This document shows positions 18,810 through 27,749 of a stretch of 32,949 nt of DNA, one piece after another. Source of the DNA: a virus (lineage: Duplodnaviria; Caudoviricetes); the IMG/VR virus record IMGVR_UViG_3300024291_000014, positions 1 through 32,949 of that record; one strand, written 5' to 3'. Below the pieces are notes generated by a model. The model saw only the letters and a list, made by a program, of their open reading frames with translations. It had not been told where the DNA came from and made no database searches. Made by a program: the position numbers and the translations under genes. The stretch's first letter is position 1. Each line of letters begins with the position of its first letter.

Positions 18810-18833
18810 AACCCGGTACTCCCGGGTTTTTTT
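18810..18833 (+). terminator. Rho-independent terminator after the sheath-tube genes
   Basis: Stem AACCCGG (18810-18816), loop TACTC, stem CCGGGTT (18822-18828), with a T7 run at 18827-18833. GC-rich hairpin in an AT-rich background. Confidence 0.85.
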
Positions 18834-18834
18834 G

Positions 18835-18846
18835 TATTTATAAATA
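18835..18846 (+). promoter_or_regulatory. Palindromic TATTTATAAATA containing the TATTTATA motif
   Basis: Perfect 12-bp palindrome between the terminator and the ATG at 18853. Confidence 0.45.
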
Positions 18847-18852
18847 AAAGTT

Positions 18853-19473
18853 ATGTCTAATCTTAATCTTGAAGCTATAGATCCTAGAGACCCTAAAAAT
18901 AAGCATCTCTACTATTTGTATCCTTTTATACTTTACTGTAGAAACTTTGGTCCAAATTCTCCTGCTACACAAGTGTGGGATAAAGAACTTACTTCTACTT
19001 TTAATTTTGAAGAAGATATATCTAAGTATGTAAAGACAAATTATAAAGAGATAGCTAATGAATTTAATGCTAGGTGGATTACTGCTCTCTGTGAAGCTTA
19101 TATAGATTGTTCTAATAATTCAGAAGAACGATTTGCAGCTTTAGTACTTTCTAGTTTTATACGACAGACCCAAGTTGCAACCACACATTTACACTGGAGA
19201 GGAGAAATACAACCAGAACTACAAATAAAATACGGACATTCTAAGAGACTATGGAGTGGTATGCACGGTGTTATAGGTGATGATATTTACAGAAACTTAT
19301 TTTATAGGATTAACTTAACTCTTAAAAAAACTCCTATATTTCGTAAATTTTTTATAAAAGTAGTTCGTACACTTATTACAGAAAATACTGTTATAAACCC
19401 ATCAGGTAAACAAGATCAAATTACTAGAAATACAATGAGGTATATTAGAGTACTAACTGACGATATAGAATGA
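18853..19473 (+). CDS. Hypothetical protein inserted in the tail module
   Basis: 206-aa ORF with an ATGA overlap to the next gene. No confident family. Confidence 0.6.
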   Translation: MSNLNLEAIDPRDPKNKHLYYLYPFILYCRNFGPNSPATQVWDKELTSTFNFEEDISKYVKTNYKEIANEFNARWITALCEAYIDCSNNSEERFAALVLSSFIRQTQVATTHLHWRGEIQPELQIKYGHSKRLWSGMHGVIGDDIYRNLFYRINLTLKKTPIFRKFFIKVVRTLITENTVINPSGKQDQITRNTMRYIRVLTDDIE

Positions 19474-20240
19474 AAGTAGCAGTAATTATTTTAGGTCGAA
19501 TAGATCAGAAAGAAGTAAATTTAAAAATACTCGAAGAATGTGATGTATACATACACACAGATGATAACTACAAACAAATTGCAGAACAATTAAATCCTGT
19601 AAAATTAATTACAACAGAAACTTCATACTGGCAAGATACTAAAAATATTTATTTAGAAAAGTATTCGGATATAATAAAAGAAACTCAAAATACTGTTCCT
19701 GAAGGTATACATTTTAATGCTAATTTTGGTAGAGTAGCACAATGGAAGAGGTTAAACGAAGTAATTAACCAAGTAGATCTTTCTGAATACGACTATATTG
19801 TTAAATGGAGATTAGATCTTATGAAATTCGTACCTCATCAGATGCATGTAGATATTTCTTATGATTTTAATTTTATCTATTCTTCTATAAAAGATAAATA
19901 CGGAGGATTATATCAGTATATAAAACAACAAAATTTTAAGAAAGATTACTTATATACATTTAAAGATTTCGTTTATTTAGCATCATACGGTAATTTTATA
20001 AAATCTAATCTATTTCCTCACATAGACAAGTATATTGCAAAAAAAGAAGAAACATTTACATATAGAGAAGAAGTTTTTAACAGCAGTGATATAAAGGAAA
20101 GATATAAATGTGTTGAAACGCAATGGTTGAATTCTTCCAAAAAACCATTTGTTCATTTATTTACCAGTGAAACTGCTTGGTTATTAAATTGCTTACAGCA
20201 AAATGTTATAATAAAGAATATATTTGCACCGTTTGCTTAA
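19470..20240 (+). CDS. Putative glycosyltransferase-like protein (AVCLSGQLR family, paralog 4)
   Basis: KVAVIILGRI, DVYIHT, QW.RL, YDYIVKWRLDL, DFVY and SE motifs. Confidence 0.5.
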   Translation: MKVAVIILGRIDQKEVNLKILEECDVYIHTDDNYKQIAEQLNPVKLITTETSYWQDTKNIYLEKYSDIIKETQNTVPEGIHFNANFGRVAQWKRLNEVINQVDLSEYDYIVKWRLDLMKFVPHQMHVDISYDFNFIYSSIKDKYGGLYQYIKQQNFKKDYLYTFKDFVYLASYGNFIKSNLFPHIDKYIAKKEETFTYREEVFNSSDIKERYKCVETQWLNSSKKPFVHLFTSETAWLLNCLQQNVIIKNIFAPFA

Positions 20241-20264
20241 TAATTTTTTATTCGTATATTTATA
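20232..20264 (+). promoter_or_regulatory. Overlapping Bacteroidota-like promoter (TTTG-N19-TATATTTA) and TATTTATA motif
   Basis: TTTG at 20232-20235, a 19-nt spacer, TATATTTA at 20255-20262, and TATTTATA at 20257-20264. Confidence 0.5.
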
Positions 20265-20290
20265 ATAAAAGAAGTTTTAAAATAAAATTT

Positions 20291-21031
20291 ATGTCACAAT
20301 TCAACTTACCTACTGAAACAGTAGAGTTACCATCAAAAGGATTATTATACCCTGAATCTTCACCTTTATCATCAGGTACTATCGAAATGAAGTATATGAC
20401 TGCTAAAGAAGAGGATATCTTAACTAACACAAACTACATTAAACAAGGAACTGCTATTAATAAGCTTTTAAGATCACTTATAGTTAACAAAGAAGTTAAT
20501 TTTAGTGATTTACTAATAGGAGATAAAAATGCTATTATGGTAGCAGCAAGAATTCTATCATACGGTAAAGATTATGTAATAAAGTATAACGGTGAAGATG
20601 TTACTGTTGATCTAGCAGAGCTTAAAGAGAAAGAAGTAGACTTAACAAAACTTAAAGATAAGAAAAACGAATTCCAGTTTAACTTACCTAAAAGTGGAAA
20701 TACTGTAACGTTTAAGCTTTTAACTCAAAAAGACGAAGATTTAATTGAAAGAGAAATTAAAGGCTTACAAAAAATTAATAAAACAGCTCAACCAGATGTA
20801 ACTACAAGATTAAAACATATGATTACCTCTGTAAATGGAGCTTCAGAACAAAAAAATATCAGAGAATTTGTTGACAATTACCTTTTAGCTCAAGATGCTA
20901 GAGCTCTTAGAAAAGAGTATACAAAAGTCAATCCAGATGTAAATCTAGTTTTCAATTACGAAAATGAAGATGGAAGAGAGGAGGAAGTTGATTTGCCCAT
21001 CGGGCTTAACTTTTTTTGGCCTGACCTCTAA
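20291..21031 (+). CDS. Tail/baseplate hub assembly chaperone (T4 gp26-like)
   Basis: The ATG at 20291 is preferred over 20177. VELPSKG, MTAKEEDIL, L..GD...I...ARILSYG and terminal PIGLNFFWP motifs. Lies between tube and tape measure. Confidence 0.8.
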   Translation: MSQFNLPTETVELPSKGLLYPESSPLSSGTIEMKYMTAKEEDILTNTNYIKQGTAINKLLRSLIVNKEVNFSDLLIGDKNAIMVAARILSYGKDYVIKYNGEDVTVDLAELKEKEVDLTKLKDKKNEFQFNLPKSGNTVTFKLLTQKDEDLIEREIKGLQKINKTAQPDVTTRLKHMITSVNGASEQKNIREFVDNYLLAQDARALRKEYTKVNPDVNLVFNYENEDGREEEVDLPIGLNFFWPDL

Positions 21032-21257
21032 TTATAGGGTATTCGTTTTCGAACAGATACATCAGATTGTTTTTCATGGAAATGGCGGTTACGACTGGAA
21101 TACAGTCTATAATATGCCTATATGGTTACGAAAATTTACCTTTCGAAATATTCAAGAGCATTATGAAAAAGCTAATAAAGCTAGCAGTAATAAAACTACG
21201 CCTGCTAGAGGACCTGATATTTCTCCATCCTATACATCAAAAGCCTCAAAAAAATAG
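21012..21257 (+). CDS. Candidate +1 frameshift extension of the chaperone (T4 gp51 / lambda gpT-like)
   Basis: The +1 frame is open across the T7 run (21011-21017): FFGLTSNYR...HGNGGYDWNTVYNMPIWLRKF. Lies directly before the tape measure gene. Confidence 0.65.
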   Translation, partial: FFGLTSNYRVFVFEQIHQIVFHGNGGYDWNTVYNMPIWLRKFTFRNIQEHYEKANKASSNKTTPARGPDISPSYTSKASKK

Positions 21258-21267
21258 AAGTTTTTCC

Positions 21268-21275
21268 TATTTATA
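21268..21275 (+). promoter_or_regulatory. TATTTATA motif, candidate late promoter of the tape measure gene
   Basis: Exact motif ending 16 nt before the ATG at 21292. Confidence 0.55.
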
Positions 21276-21291
21276 AGTATACTTTTTATAT

Positions 21292-23538
21292 ATGGCTGAC
21301 GAACCAAGCAAAAAACGATTAGACCAGATTACTGAAATCAACAAGCAAGGTGCTATGTATGTTGATATTCTAAAACAGCAAGAGAAAGCTCTCAAAGAGC
21401 TGTCTAAGACTGATCAAGATCGATTAGGTACTAATCAAACATTCACTCAATCAGCAAAAGATAACCTCAATGTCGCCCAACAGTTAGCCGCATTATCAAT
21501 ATCTGATCTAAAGACCAGAGGAAAAAGAGAAAAACTTGAAAAGAAAATAGAAGCTATAAAACAGAGGCAAAATAATTTAGAAGCCGAAATATCTGAATTA
21601 ATAGAAGAAGGAACTGACTCAGCCCTTGCACGAGCTAAACTATTCAAAGATCAATTAGACACTTCTAAAGACTTAGTCAAAGAAGCTCGTAAGCTTTCCT
21701 CCACTTTTCAAAGAATAGATAAATCAGTTTCGTTTTTTGATGCCATGTCAGACTTGGTTAGTGATATACCTGTCTTAAATAAACTATTTCCTGAATTTAA
21801 AAAAGCTGCAGAAGCTGCAAGAGATGCATTTGCAGAAGGTGATGGTTTTTTCACCTCTATGGGGAAAGGAATAGCTGAGTTAGGATCATTTGGTCTGAAA
21901 GGTGTTATAGCTATGGCTATCAAAGGAGCTATATCTATTCAAGATAAAGTAGTAGAGATGTCTAGAGCATTCGGTGTTTCCACAGCCGCAGCTTCTAGGA
22001 TGAAAAACAATATTAATGCTACTGGTTTAGGGATAAAAGAGTCTCTAGAGTCTACAATAGCATTTCAAAAAGCTTTAAATACATCAGCTAATATAGGTGC
22101 TAAACTAACTCAGAATGCCGCTGTACTTCAAAAACGAATGGGTATTTCTGCTGAAAATACAGCAGCATTATTTGATGCAGCTTCTTTAGCTGGGATGGAA
22201 CTTCAAGAGTTTACCGAAAATATAGCCGGTACTGTAGCGTTGCAGAACGGACTTACTGGAAGTGCTTTTAATTTTCTAGATGTAATTGAATCTATTGGTT
22301 CTGCATCAGAAACTACTCGTTTAACTATTGGTAAATTTCGAGGAGGTATAGCACAAGCAGCATTTGAAACTAGAAAGCTAGGATTATCATTTGCTGGATT
22401 AGAAAGTTCTTCTCAAGGTTTATTAGACTTTGAATCATCTATAGCAGCAGAATTAGAAGCAGAACTATTAACCGGTAGACAGTTAGAATTACAAACAGCT
22501 AGAGAGTTAGCTCTCAAAGGAGATTTAGCAGGAGTTGGTAATGAAATCGTTAAGCAGCTAGGTTCAGAAGAACAGTTCCTTGCAATGAATGTAATGCAGA
22601 GAGAAGCTATTGCAAAAGCAATGGGGATGACAACCGAAGAAGTTTCTAAGGCTTTTAACATTAGAAGGAGAGATGCTGATTTAGCTAAACTACAAGCTAA
22701 AGATGCATTTGCTAATGCTAGCTTTGAACAAAAATTAAAACTTATAAAATCAAAAGGCTTCTCAGATGAAGAAGCTCATTTACAACTTAAAAAGCAATTA
22801 GGAGAAGAAGCATACCAGCAAGCACTTCTACAGGAAACAACTACTGAAAAGTTTGCTCAAGCGATGGAACAAGTTTCCAATCAATTAGGTAAGAAAATAG
22901 TACCTTTTATAGAAAAATTAAACCCATTATTAGACGGTGCTAGTCAATATTCAGGAGCTATAGCAGCTGCCTTTGCAGGTATTGCCGGTATAGGTATACT
23001 TGGTAAATTATTAAAAGTTTTTAAAGGTGCTAAAGCTTTTTTAGGTTTAGGTAAAGGTGCAGGAAAAGTAGCAGCTAAAGCCGGTGGAAAAAATGTAGCT
23101 AAAACAGCAGCAAAAGTAGGTGGGAAAACAGTAGGTAAATCCTTACTTAAAAAAATACCAGTAGTTGGTGCATTAGCAGGTTTAGCATTTGCCCTTTCAA
23201 GAGGGTTAGACGGAGATATGTCAGGAGCAGGACTTGAACTATTATCAGGTATAGCCTCTTTAGTACCTGGAGCTGGTACAGCTGCATCGGTAGGTATAGA
23301 TGGCTTATTAATGGCAAGAGACTTAAAAAGAGCACAATCAGGAGATGTAGATGCTGAAGATTTTACTATTAGGACTCATCCTAAAGATACTTTAGCGATG
23401 GCTGGAGGTACTCAGTTTGGTAAAGAGACTAATGATTTATTAAGAGAATTAGTTCAGGAAGTAAGAGCTAGCGGTAATACATATTTAGATAGTAGAAAGA
23501 TAAATGAAGTTATGAGACTTAATGCATACGAACAATAA
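21292..23538 (+). CDS. Tail tape measure protein
   Basis: 748 aa, Ala/Gly/Lys-rich and helical. LLDFESSIAAELEAELLTG and hydrophobic Gly-rich C-terminal segments. Canonical position after the chaperone. Confidence 0.85.
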   Translation: MADEPSKKRLDQITEINKQGAMYVDILKQQEKALKELSKTDQDRLGTNQTFTQSAKDNLNVAQQLAALSISDLKTRGKREKLEKKIEAIKQRQNNLEAEISELIEEGTDSALARAKLFKDQLDTSKDLVKEARKLSSTFQRIDKSVSFFDAMSDLVSDIPVLNKLFPEFKKAAEAARDAFAEGDGFFTSMGKGIAELGSFGLKGVIAMAIKGAISIQDKVVEMSRAFGVSTAAASRMKNNINATGLGIKESLESTIAFQKALNTSANIGAKLTQNAAVLQKRMGISAENTAALFDAASLAGMELQEFTENIAGTVALQNGLTGSAFNFLDVIESIGSASETTRLTIGKFRGGIAQAAFETRKLGLSFAGLESSSQGLLDFESSIAAELEAELLTGRQLELQTARELALKGDLAGVGNEIVKQLGSEEQFLAMNVMQREAIAKAMGMTTEEVSKAFNIRRRDADLAKLQAKDAFANASFEQKLKLIKSKGFSDEEAHLQLKKQLGEEAYQQALLQETTTEKFAQAMEQVSNQLGKKIVPFIEKLNPLLDGASQYSGAIAAAFAGIAGIGILGKLLKVFKGAKAFLGLGKGAGKVAAKAGGKNVAKTAAKVGGKTVGKSLLKKIPVVGALAGLAFALSRGLDGDMSGAGLELLSGIASLVPGAGTAASVGIDGLLMARDLKRAQSGDVDAEDFTIRTHPKDTLAMAGGTQFGKETNDLLRELVQEVRASGNTYLDSRKINEVMRLNAYEQ

Positions 23539-24740
23539 TGAGCATAATTAGAGATTATAATAAAGGAAAGACGGACCTTAATAAACTTAAGTATAGTAAT
23601 ACTATGGGTGCAGGTCATCCTGGCAAAGAACCATTAATAACCAGGGATATACCAATCGAACCTGCTACTTCTAAAAGCCCAGAAATGAGATCAGCTCTTC
23701 AAAGAAGAGGAGATGACTTAGCACGTGTTACTAAATTATTTGGAAGAACTGAAGGTTTAACTTTACTTTCTAATAATACAGCTTTAAATGGAGCAGTAGC
23801 TTTATCTAGAACTGTATTTGGTACTTTACAAGATAAAAAAGATGCTTTAACAGGAGGAGCAACAGGAAATGCTTTAAAAGATACATTAGGAACATTAGCT
23901 TCTACACTAGCACAGGTTTCTGTTGCTGGTACTGGAACCCATTTTATAAAAGGCAAAGTATTTGGAACTCCTAGTTACCCTCGTAATAAAGTAGCTACTC
24001 CAATAGCTAAACTTGGAGAACCAGGTAAAGTAAGGGTAGTATATAATAAAGATAATCAATTAGCTAATCACGGTAGTGAAGGTCAGGATAAAGTAAACAT
24101 GCAAGATGTATACTCTGGAGAGACTGAAAAACCTAGCGAAGACTTAGTTAAGTTTTTATTTGAAGTTATTAGACCAGGAGAAACTAGTAATGTATTTCTA
24201 CCTTTTAGAGCTTATATCGATAACTTCAGTGATAATTATGCCGGTTCTTGGAATGATAGCCAGTATATTGGACGTGGAGAAAAATTTAAAACTTATAGTG
24301 GATTTGATAGAACTGTAGAAGTTACATTCAAATCAGCTGTTGCTACTAAAGAAGAGTTGAAACCTCTATATAAAAAATTAGTTTACTTAGCTTCTACTAC
24401 TGCTCCTACTTACTCTAAGAATAATATTATGAACGGTACTTATGTGAAGCTTACCATAGGCGACTACTTTAGCAAACTACCAGGTATTATTACTGCAGTA
24501 AGTTACAATTGGAGTTCAAATTATCCATTCGAAGTTGCTTTAGGTAAGACTGAAGAATATAAAACTGAAGACGGTACTGATTCACAGCTTGCACAGCAGC
24601 TACCTCATATACTAGATTGCTCTGTTAGCTTTTCTCCAGTACATTACTTTACTCCTCAAACTGGACTACATCACTATATTACTAACCCTAGTGAAGAAGA
24701 TTCACAATTCTTCACACCAGGAGAACAACCTAAAAATTAA
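23538..24740 (+). CDS. Putative baseplate / tube-initiator protein
   Basis: Follows the tape measure. FRAYI..FSD.Y...W....YIGRGE.F..Y.GF.R and LTIGDY...PGII motifs typical of tube-initiator-like proteins. Confidence 0.6.
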   Translation: MSIIRDYNKGKTDLNKLKYSNTMGAGHPGKEPLITRDIPIEPATSKSPEMRSALQRRGDDLARVTKLFGRTEGLTLLSNNTALNGAVALSRTVFGTLQDKKDALTGGATGNALKDTLGTLASTLAQVSVAGTGTHFIKGKVFGTPSYPRNKVATPIAKLGEPGKVRVVYNKDNQLANHGSEGQDKVNMQDVYSGETEKPSEDLVKFLFEVIRPGETSNVFLPFRAYIDNFSDNYAGSWNDSQYIGRGEKFKTYSGFDRTVEVTFKSAVATKEELKPLYKKLVYLASTTAPTYSKNNIMNGTYVKLTIGDYFSKLPGIITAVSYNWSSNYPFEVALGKTEEYKTEDGTDSQLAQQLPHILDCSVSFSPVHYFTPQTGLHHYITNPSEEDSQFFTPGEQPKN

Positions 24741-24742
24741 TT

Positions 24743-25045
24743 ATGAATAGATATAAAGATATAGGGCTATTGAAAACCGGAGAAGGAAAACAGTATAAGT
24801 CTAATCCTATATATCCTGCTATTCCTCCTTCAATAGACGATTTTTATATACTAAGTAGTGTTGGAGATAGATATGATACTTTAGCATTAAAATTTTATGG
24901 AGATTCTAAACTCTGGTGGATTATAGCATCAGCTAATAACATGACTAAAGCTTCTTTAGTAACCGAACCTGGAATACAAATCAGAATACCAGGAAATACT
25001 CAAAGCGCTATATCAAGATATAAACAAGTAAACTTAGATAGATAA
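24743..25045 (+). CDS. LysM-like baseplate wedge protein (gp53 / P2 gpX-like)
   Basis: GDRYDTLALKFYGDSKLWWIIASAN...PG.QIRIP. Confidence 0.85.
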   Translation: MNRYKDIGLLKTGEGKQYKSNPIYPAIPPSIDDFYILSSVGDRYDTLALKFYGDSKLWWIIASANNMTKASLVTEPGIQIRIPGNTQSAISRYKQVNLDR

Positions 25046-27210
25046 TGTCTCAGTCTTATAAAAAATACGGAATAGTTGGAGGTCCGTTAGGTAATGGGGT
25101 TATCAAGCAATTAAAAACTAGACAACACGTACTTAACAATAGACAGAGTAGAAGTGCTGATGAATTAACATATTTAACTTCTAACACAAGCTGGTGTAAA
25201 GTTACTTCTGCTGTCGATGTAGATATAAATTATAGTAACGAATTTGCAGACGATCCTAACTATATACCTAGTTTTAGTAACGTACACGCAAAATTAAACC
25301 AACTTTTTGGTGGAACTTTTTCAACGTTAGGTCAAAAATCAGGTTTTCCTCAAGGTCTTGGCATTAGTGATTCTTCTGGTGAATCAGCTTACAGCTTTAG
25401 TAACACTCAAGGTATAGTTCCTATGCCTGGTATAACAGGTTTTCAAGTTACTTCTCAAGGTACATACGGTACTTTAAGAGCAGGTTCATTTAACTTTACT
25501 GTACATTCAGTTGAACAGTTTAATTTAATGGAAGAGTTGTACCTTAGACCCGGATTTACTATTCTTATGGAATGGGGGCATTCTAATTTTTTTATAGATA
25601 AAGATAATTTTACTTCTACTCCTACTTATTACGACGCAAATAGATTTACTGTTAAACAGAAAGAGAGAGATTTAAGAAGAAGCCTTTTTAGTATAAGAAG
25701 TAAAGATAATGCATATAATTATGACTTTTTATATGGGTTTATAAAAAACTTTCAATGGAGCTATAACGGAGGTAATTATGAATGTCAAGTAGATGTAATA
25801 TCAAAAGGTGAAGTAATATCATCTATATCACAGTTATTTGTATCAAATAATAAATTAAAAGAAGATCAAGACAAAAATACAGAATTAGAAAGTGTTTTAA
25901 AGGCTATTAAAAACGCATCCGGTATTTCTGACTTTGAAGATAGTTCAGATATATCAACTAACACTGCATTTATATTAGACGCTATAAAAAAGAATGCACC
26001 TGATTATATAGATATTTTTAAAGACTCTTCTATACCAGTATCTTATTTTTCTGGTAATACTACTTTTACTACATCCAATAGTTTTAAATATATTACTTTA
26101 AGAGATTTTTTATCAGTAGTAAATAAAGCAGGTCTTTTACAAGGACCTGACGGTAAAAATATAGTAGACTTTGAAACAGGAAAAGAATTTTCTCCTGCTT
26201 TTACTACCTTTCCAGAACATATTGCATTAAATCCATACATATGTTTACTACCTGGTAAATCTACTGATAACTCTGACTATGCTTACAATTTATCTAATCA
26301 AGCTACCGGACCAGTAGATGAAATACTTAGCATCTATATCAATATAGACTACATTTTAGCTAAATTAGAAGAATTAGGAAAAGTAGAAAGCAAACAGGAT
26401 AGAACTGTTTTTGTATTTATTGATAGTATTTTGAAAGGAATTCAGACTAATTTAGGAGATATAAATGAATTTCATATGCACTATGATGAAGATGAAGCTA
26501 CTTACTCAATTATTGATAAGAAGATAATACCTGATGAAAAACAATTTGAAAAAGATCCTGATGATTCTTCTTTACCTCATTCATATATAGATGTAGCAGG
26601 TTTAGGAACAGAAGTATCTGATTTAAGCGTTGTATCTAAAATCTCTGGTAAGTTAACTACAATGCTTTCTATTGCTGCAGGATCATCTAATACTTCTGAC
26701 TCAGATACTTTAAATCTTCAAAGATGGAATACTGGTCTTAGAGACAGACATTTATACGAAAAAGCTGATAAAAAAACAGCTAATAAAAAAGCAAGTAATA
26801 AAACAGAAAATGAAACTTTAGAAGAAAGAGCTAAAGTATTTGAAGAAAAAGATGATGAACTTAAAGATTTCATAACTAGAGTTAATAAACCTACAAGCAA
26901 ATTTAAAGTTGATTTACCTGAATCTGAATTTGATGATATAGCAGTATTGCATCAATCAGTGACAGAACAATATTTAAATAAAATTACTGTAGATAAAAAA
27001 ATTAATGCTCCTGGATTAATTCCTTTTGAGCTTAGCTTTACTATGAAAGGCATTAGCGGAATAAAAGTAGGTCAAGCATTTAAAGTAAACGAATTCTTTT
27101 TACCTAAAAGATATCAAAATAGAGTAGCATATATAGTAACAGGTTTAGATCATTTAGTTAACGATAATAAATGGACTACTAACGTAACATCACAAATTAT
27201 ATTTACATAA
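25045..27210 (+). CDS. Putative baseplate hub protein
   Basis: 721 aa following the LysM gene. PMPGIT, LYLRPG..ILMEWGH and C-terminal SFTM.GISGI...F...FLP..Y...YIV..L.H....W.T motifs. Confidence 0.6.
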   Translation: MSQSYKKYGIVGGPLGNGVIKQLKTRQHVLNNRQSRSADELTYLTSNTSWCKVTSAVDVDINYSNEFADDPNYIPSFSNVHAKLNQLFGGTFSTLGQKSGFPQGLGISDSSGESAYSFSNTQGIVPMPGITGFQVTSQGTYGTLRAGSFNFTVHSVEQFNLMEELYLRPGFTILMEWGHSNFFIDKDNFTSTPTYYDANRFTVKQKERDLRRSLFSIRSKDNAYNYDFLYGFIKNFQWSYNGGNYECQVDVISKGEVISSISQLFVSNNKLKEDQDKNTELESVLKAIKNASGISDFEDSSDISTNTAFILDAIKKNAPDYIDIFKDSSIPVSYFSGNTTFTTSNSFKYITLRDFLSVVNKAGLLQGPDGKNIVDFETGKEFSPAFTTFPEHIALNPYICLLPGKSTDNSDYAYNLSNQATGPVDEILSIYINIDYILAKLEELGKVESKQDRTVFVFIDSILKGIQTNLGDINEFHMHYDEDEATYSIIDKKIIPDEKQFEKDPDDSSLPHSYIDVAGLGTEVSDLSVVSKISGKLTTMLSIAAGSSNTSDSDTLNLQRWNTGLRDRHLYEKADKKTANKKASNKTENETLEERAKVFEEKDDELKDFITRVNKPTSKFKVDLPESEFDDIAVLHQSVTEQYLNKITVDKKINAPGLIPFELSFTMKGISGIKVGQAFKVNEFFLPKRYQNRVAYIVTGLDHLVNDNKWTTNVTSQIIFT

Positions 27211-27713
27211 TGGGATTACCTAAATCAAAATATAGCAGTCCAAAACATACACCAGGAGGAGAATTCTTACTAAATAAAGAAAACTATATAGGGTGGTATG
27301 TAGTAACTTATAAAAATGAATATTTAACCGGTAAACAAGCAAAAGATAACTCTAAAAAACTTATACCCATAGAAGAAGAACAAGTTGTAAGACCGTTATT
27401 TGTAGAAGATAAAGTAGAACCTAATTTAACGGTAGTTAAAAATGGAATTTGGACAAGATATTTTCTTAAAAAAATTACTAACCAAAAAATTATAGAGGTA
27501 TCAAAGAAAAAATATCTATTTTTTGACAAAGCACCTAACATAGAATCGGCAAAATTAAACTGGATAATTCAGGGACCAGTTGAAAATCGGTTAATAAATA
27601 ACTATCTTTACTATGGTGCTGAACATAATAACCGTATAGCTACTTTAAGACTTAATAATACCTTTGACGGTATTACTTCATATATTACAGACTATAAAGA
27701 GTTTGTAAATTAA
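27210..27713 (+). CDS. Hypothetical protein, probably virion-associated
   Basis: 167-aa ORF with a TAATG overlap to the hub gene. T.GGEF.....Y.G.Y motif. Confidence 0.55.
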   Translation: MGLPKSKYSSPKHTPGGEFLLNKENYIGWYVVTYKNEYLTGKQAKDNSKKLIPIEEEQVVRPLFVEDKVEPNLTVVKNGIWTRYFLKKITNQKIIEVSKKKYLFFDKAPNIESAKLNWIIQGPVENRLINNYLYYGAEHNNRIATLRLNNTFDGITSYITDYKEFVN

Positions 27714-27732
27714 AATATTTATCGTAACTTAG
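27702..27732 (+). promoter_or_regulatory. Bacteroidota-like promoter (TTTG-N19-TAACTTAG) upstream of the polymerase
   Basis: TTTG at 27702-27705, a 19-nt spacer, TAACTTAG at 27725-27732. Resembles the TTTG / TAnnTTTG consensus. Confidence 0.45.
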
Positions 27733-27749
27733 AGTAAAAGGTTATTTAA

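Noticed and set aside
20177-20290. N-terminal extension of the chaperone ORF
   Set aside because: It overlaps the upstream gene and spans the promoter motifs. The recognisable family sequence begins at ATG 20291.
21010-21276. Canonical -1 frameshift into the 21067..21276 ORF
   Set aside because: The -1 frame hits TGA at 21022-21024. The 21067 ORF shows no recognisable motif and overlaps the better-supported +1 frame.
16538-27713. Extracellular contractile injection system or tailocin rather than a phage
   Set aside because: It is directly linked to phage-type SSB, recombinase, exonuclease and polymerase genes, which such loci lack.
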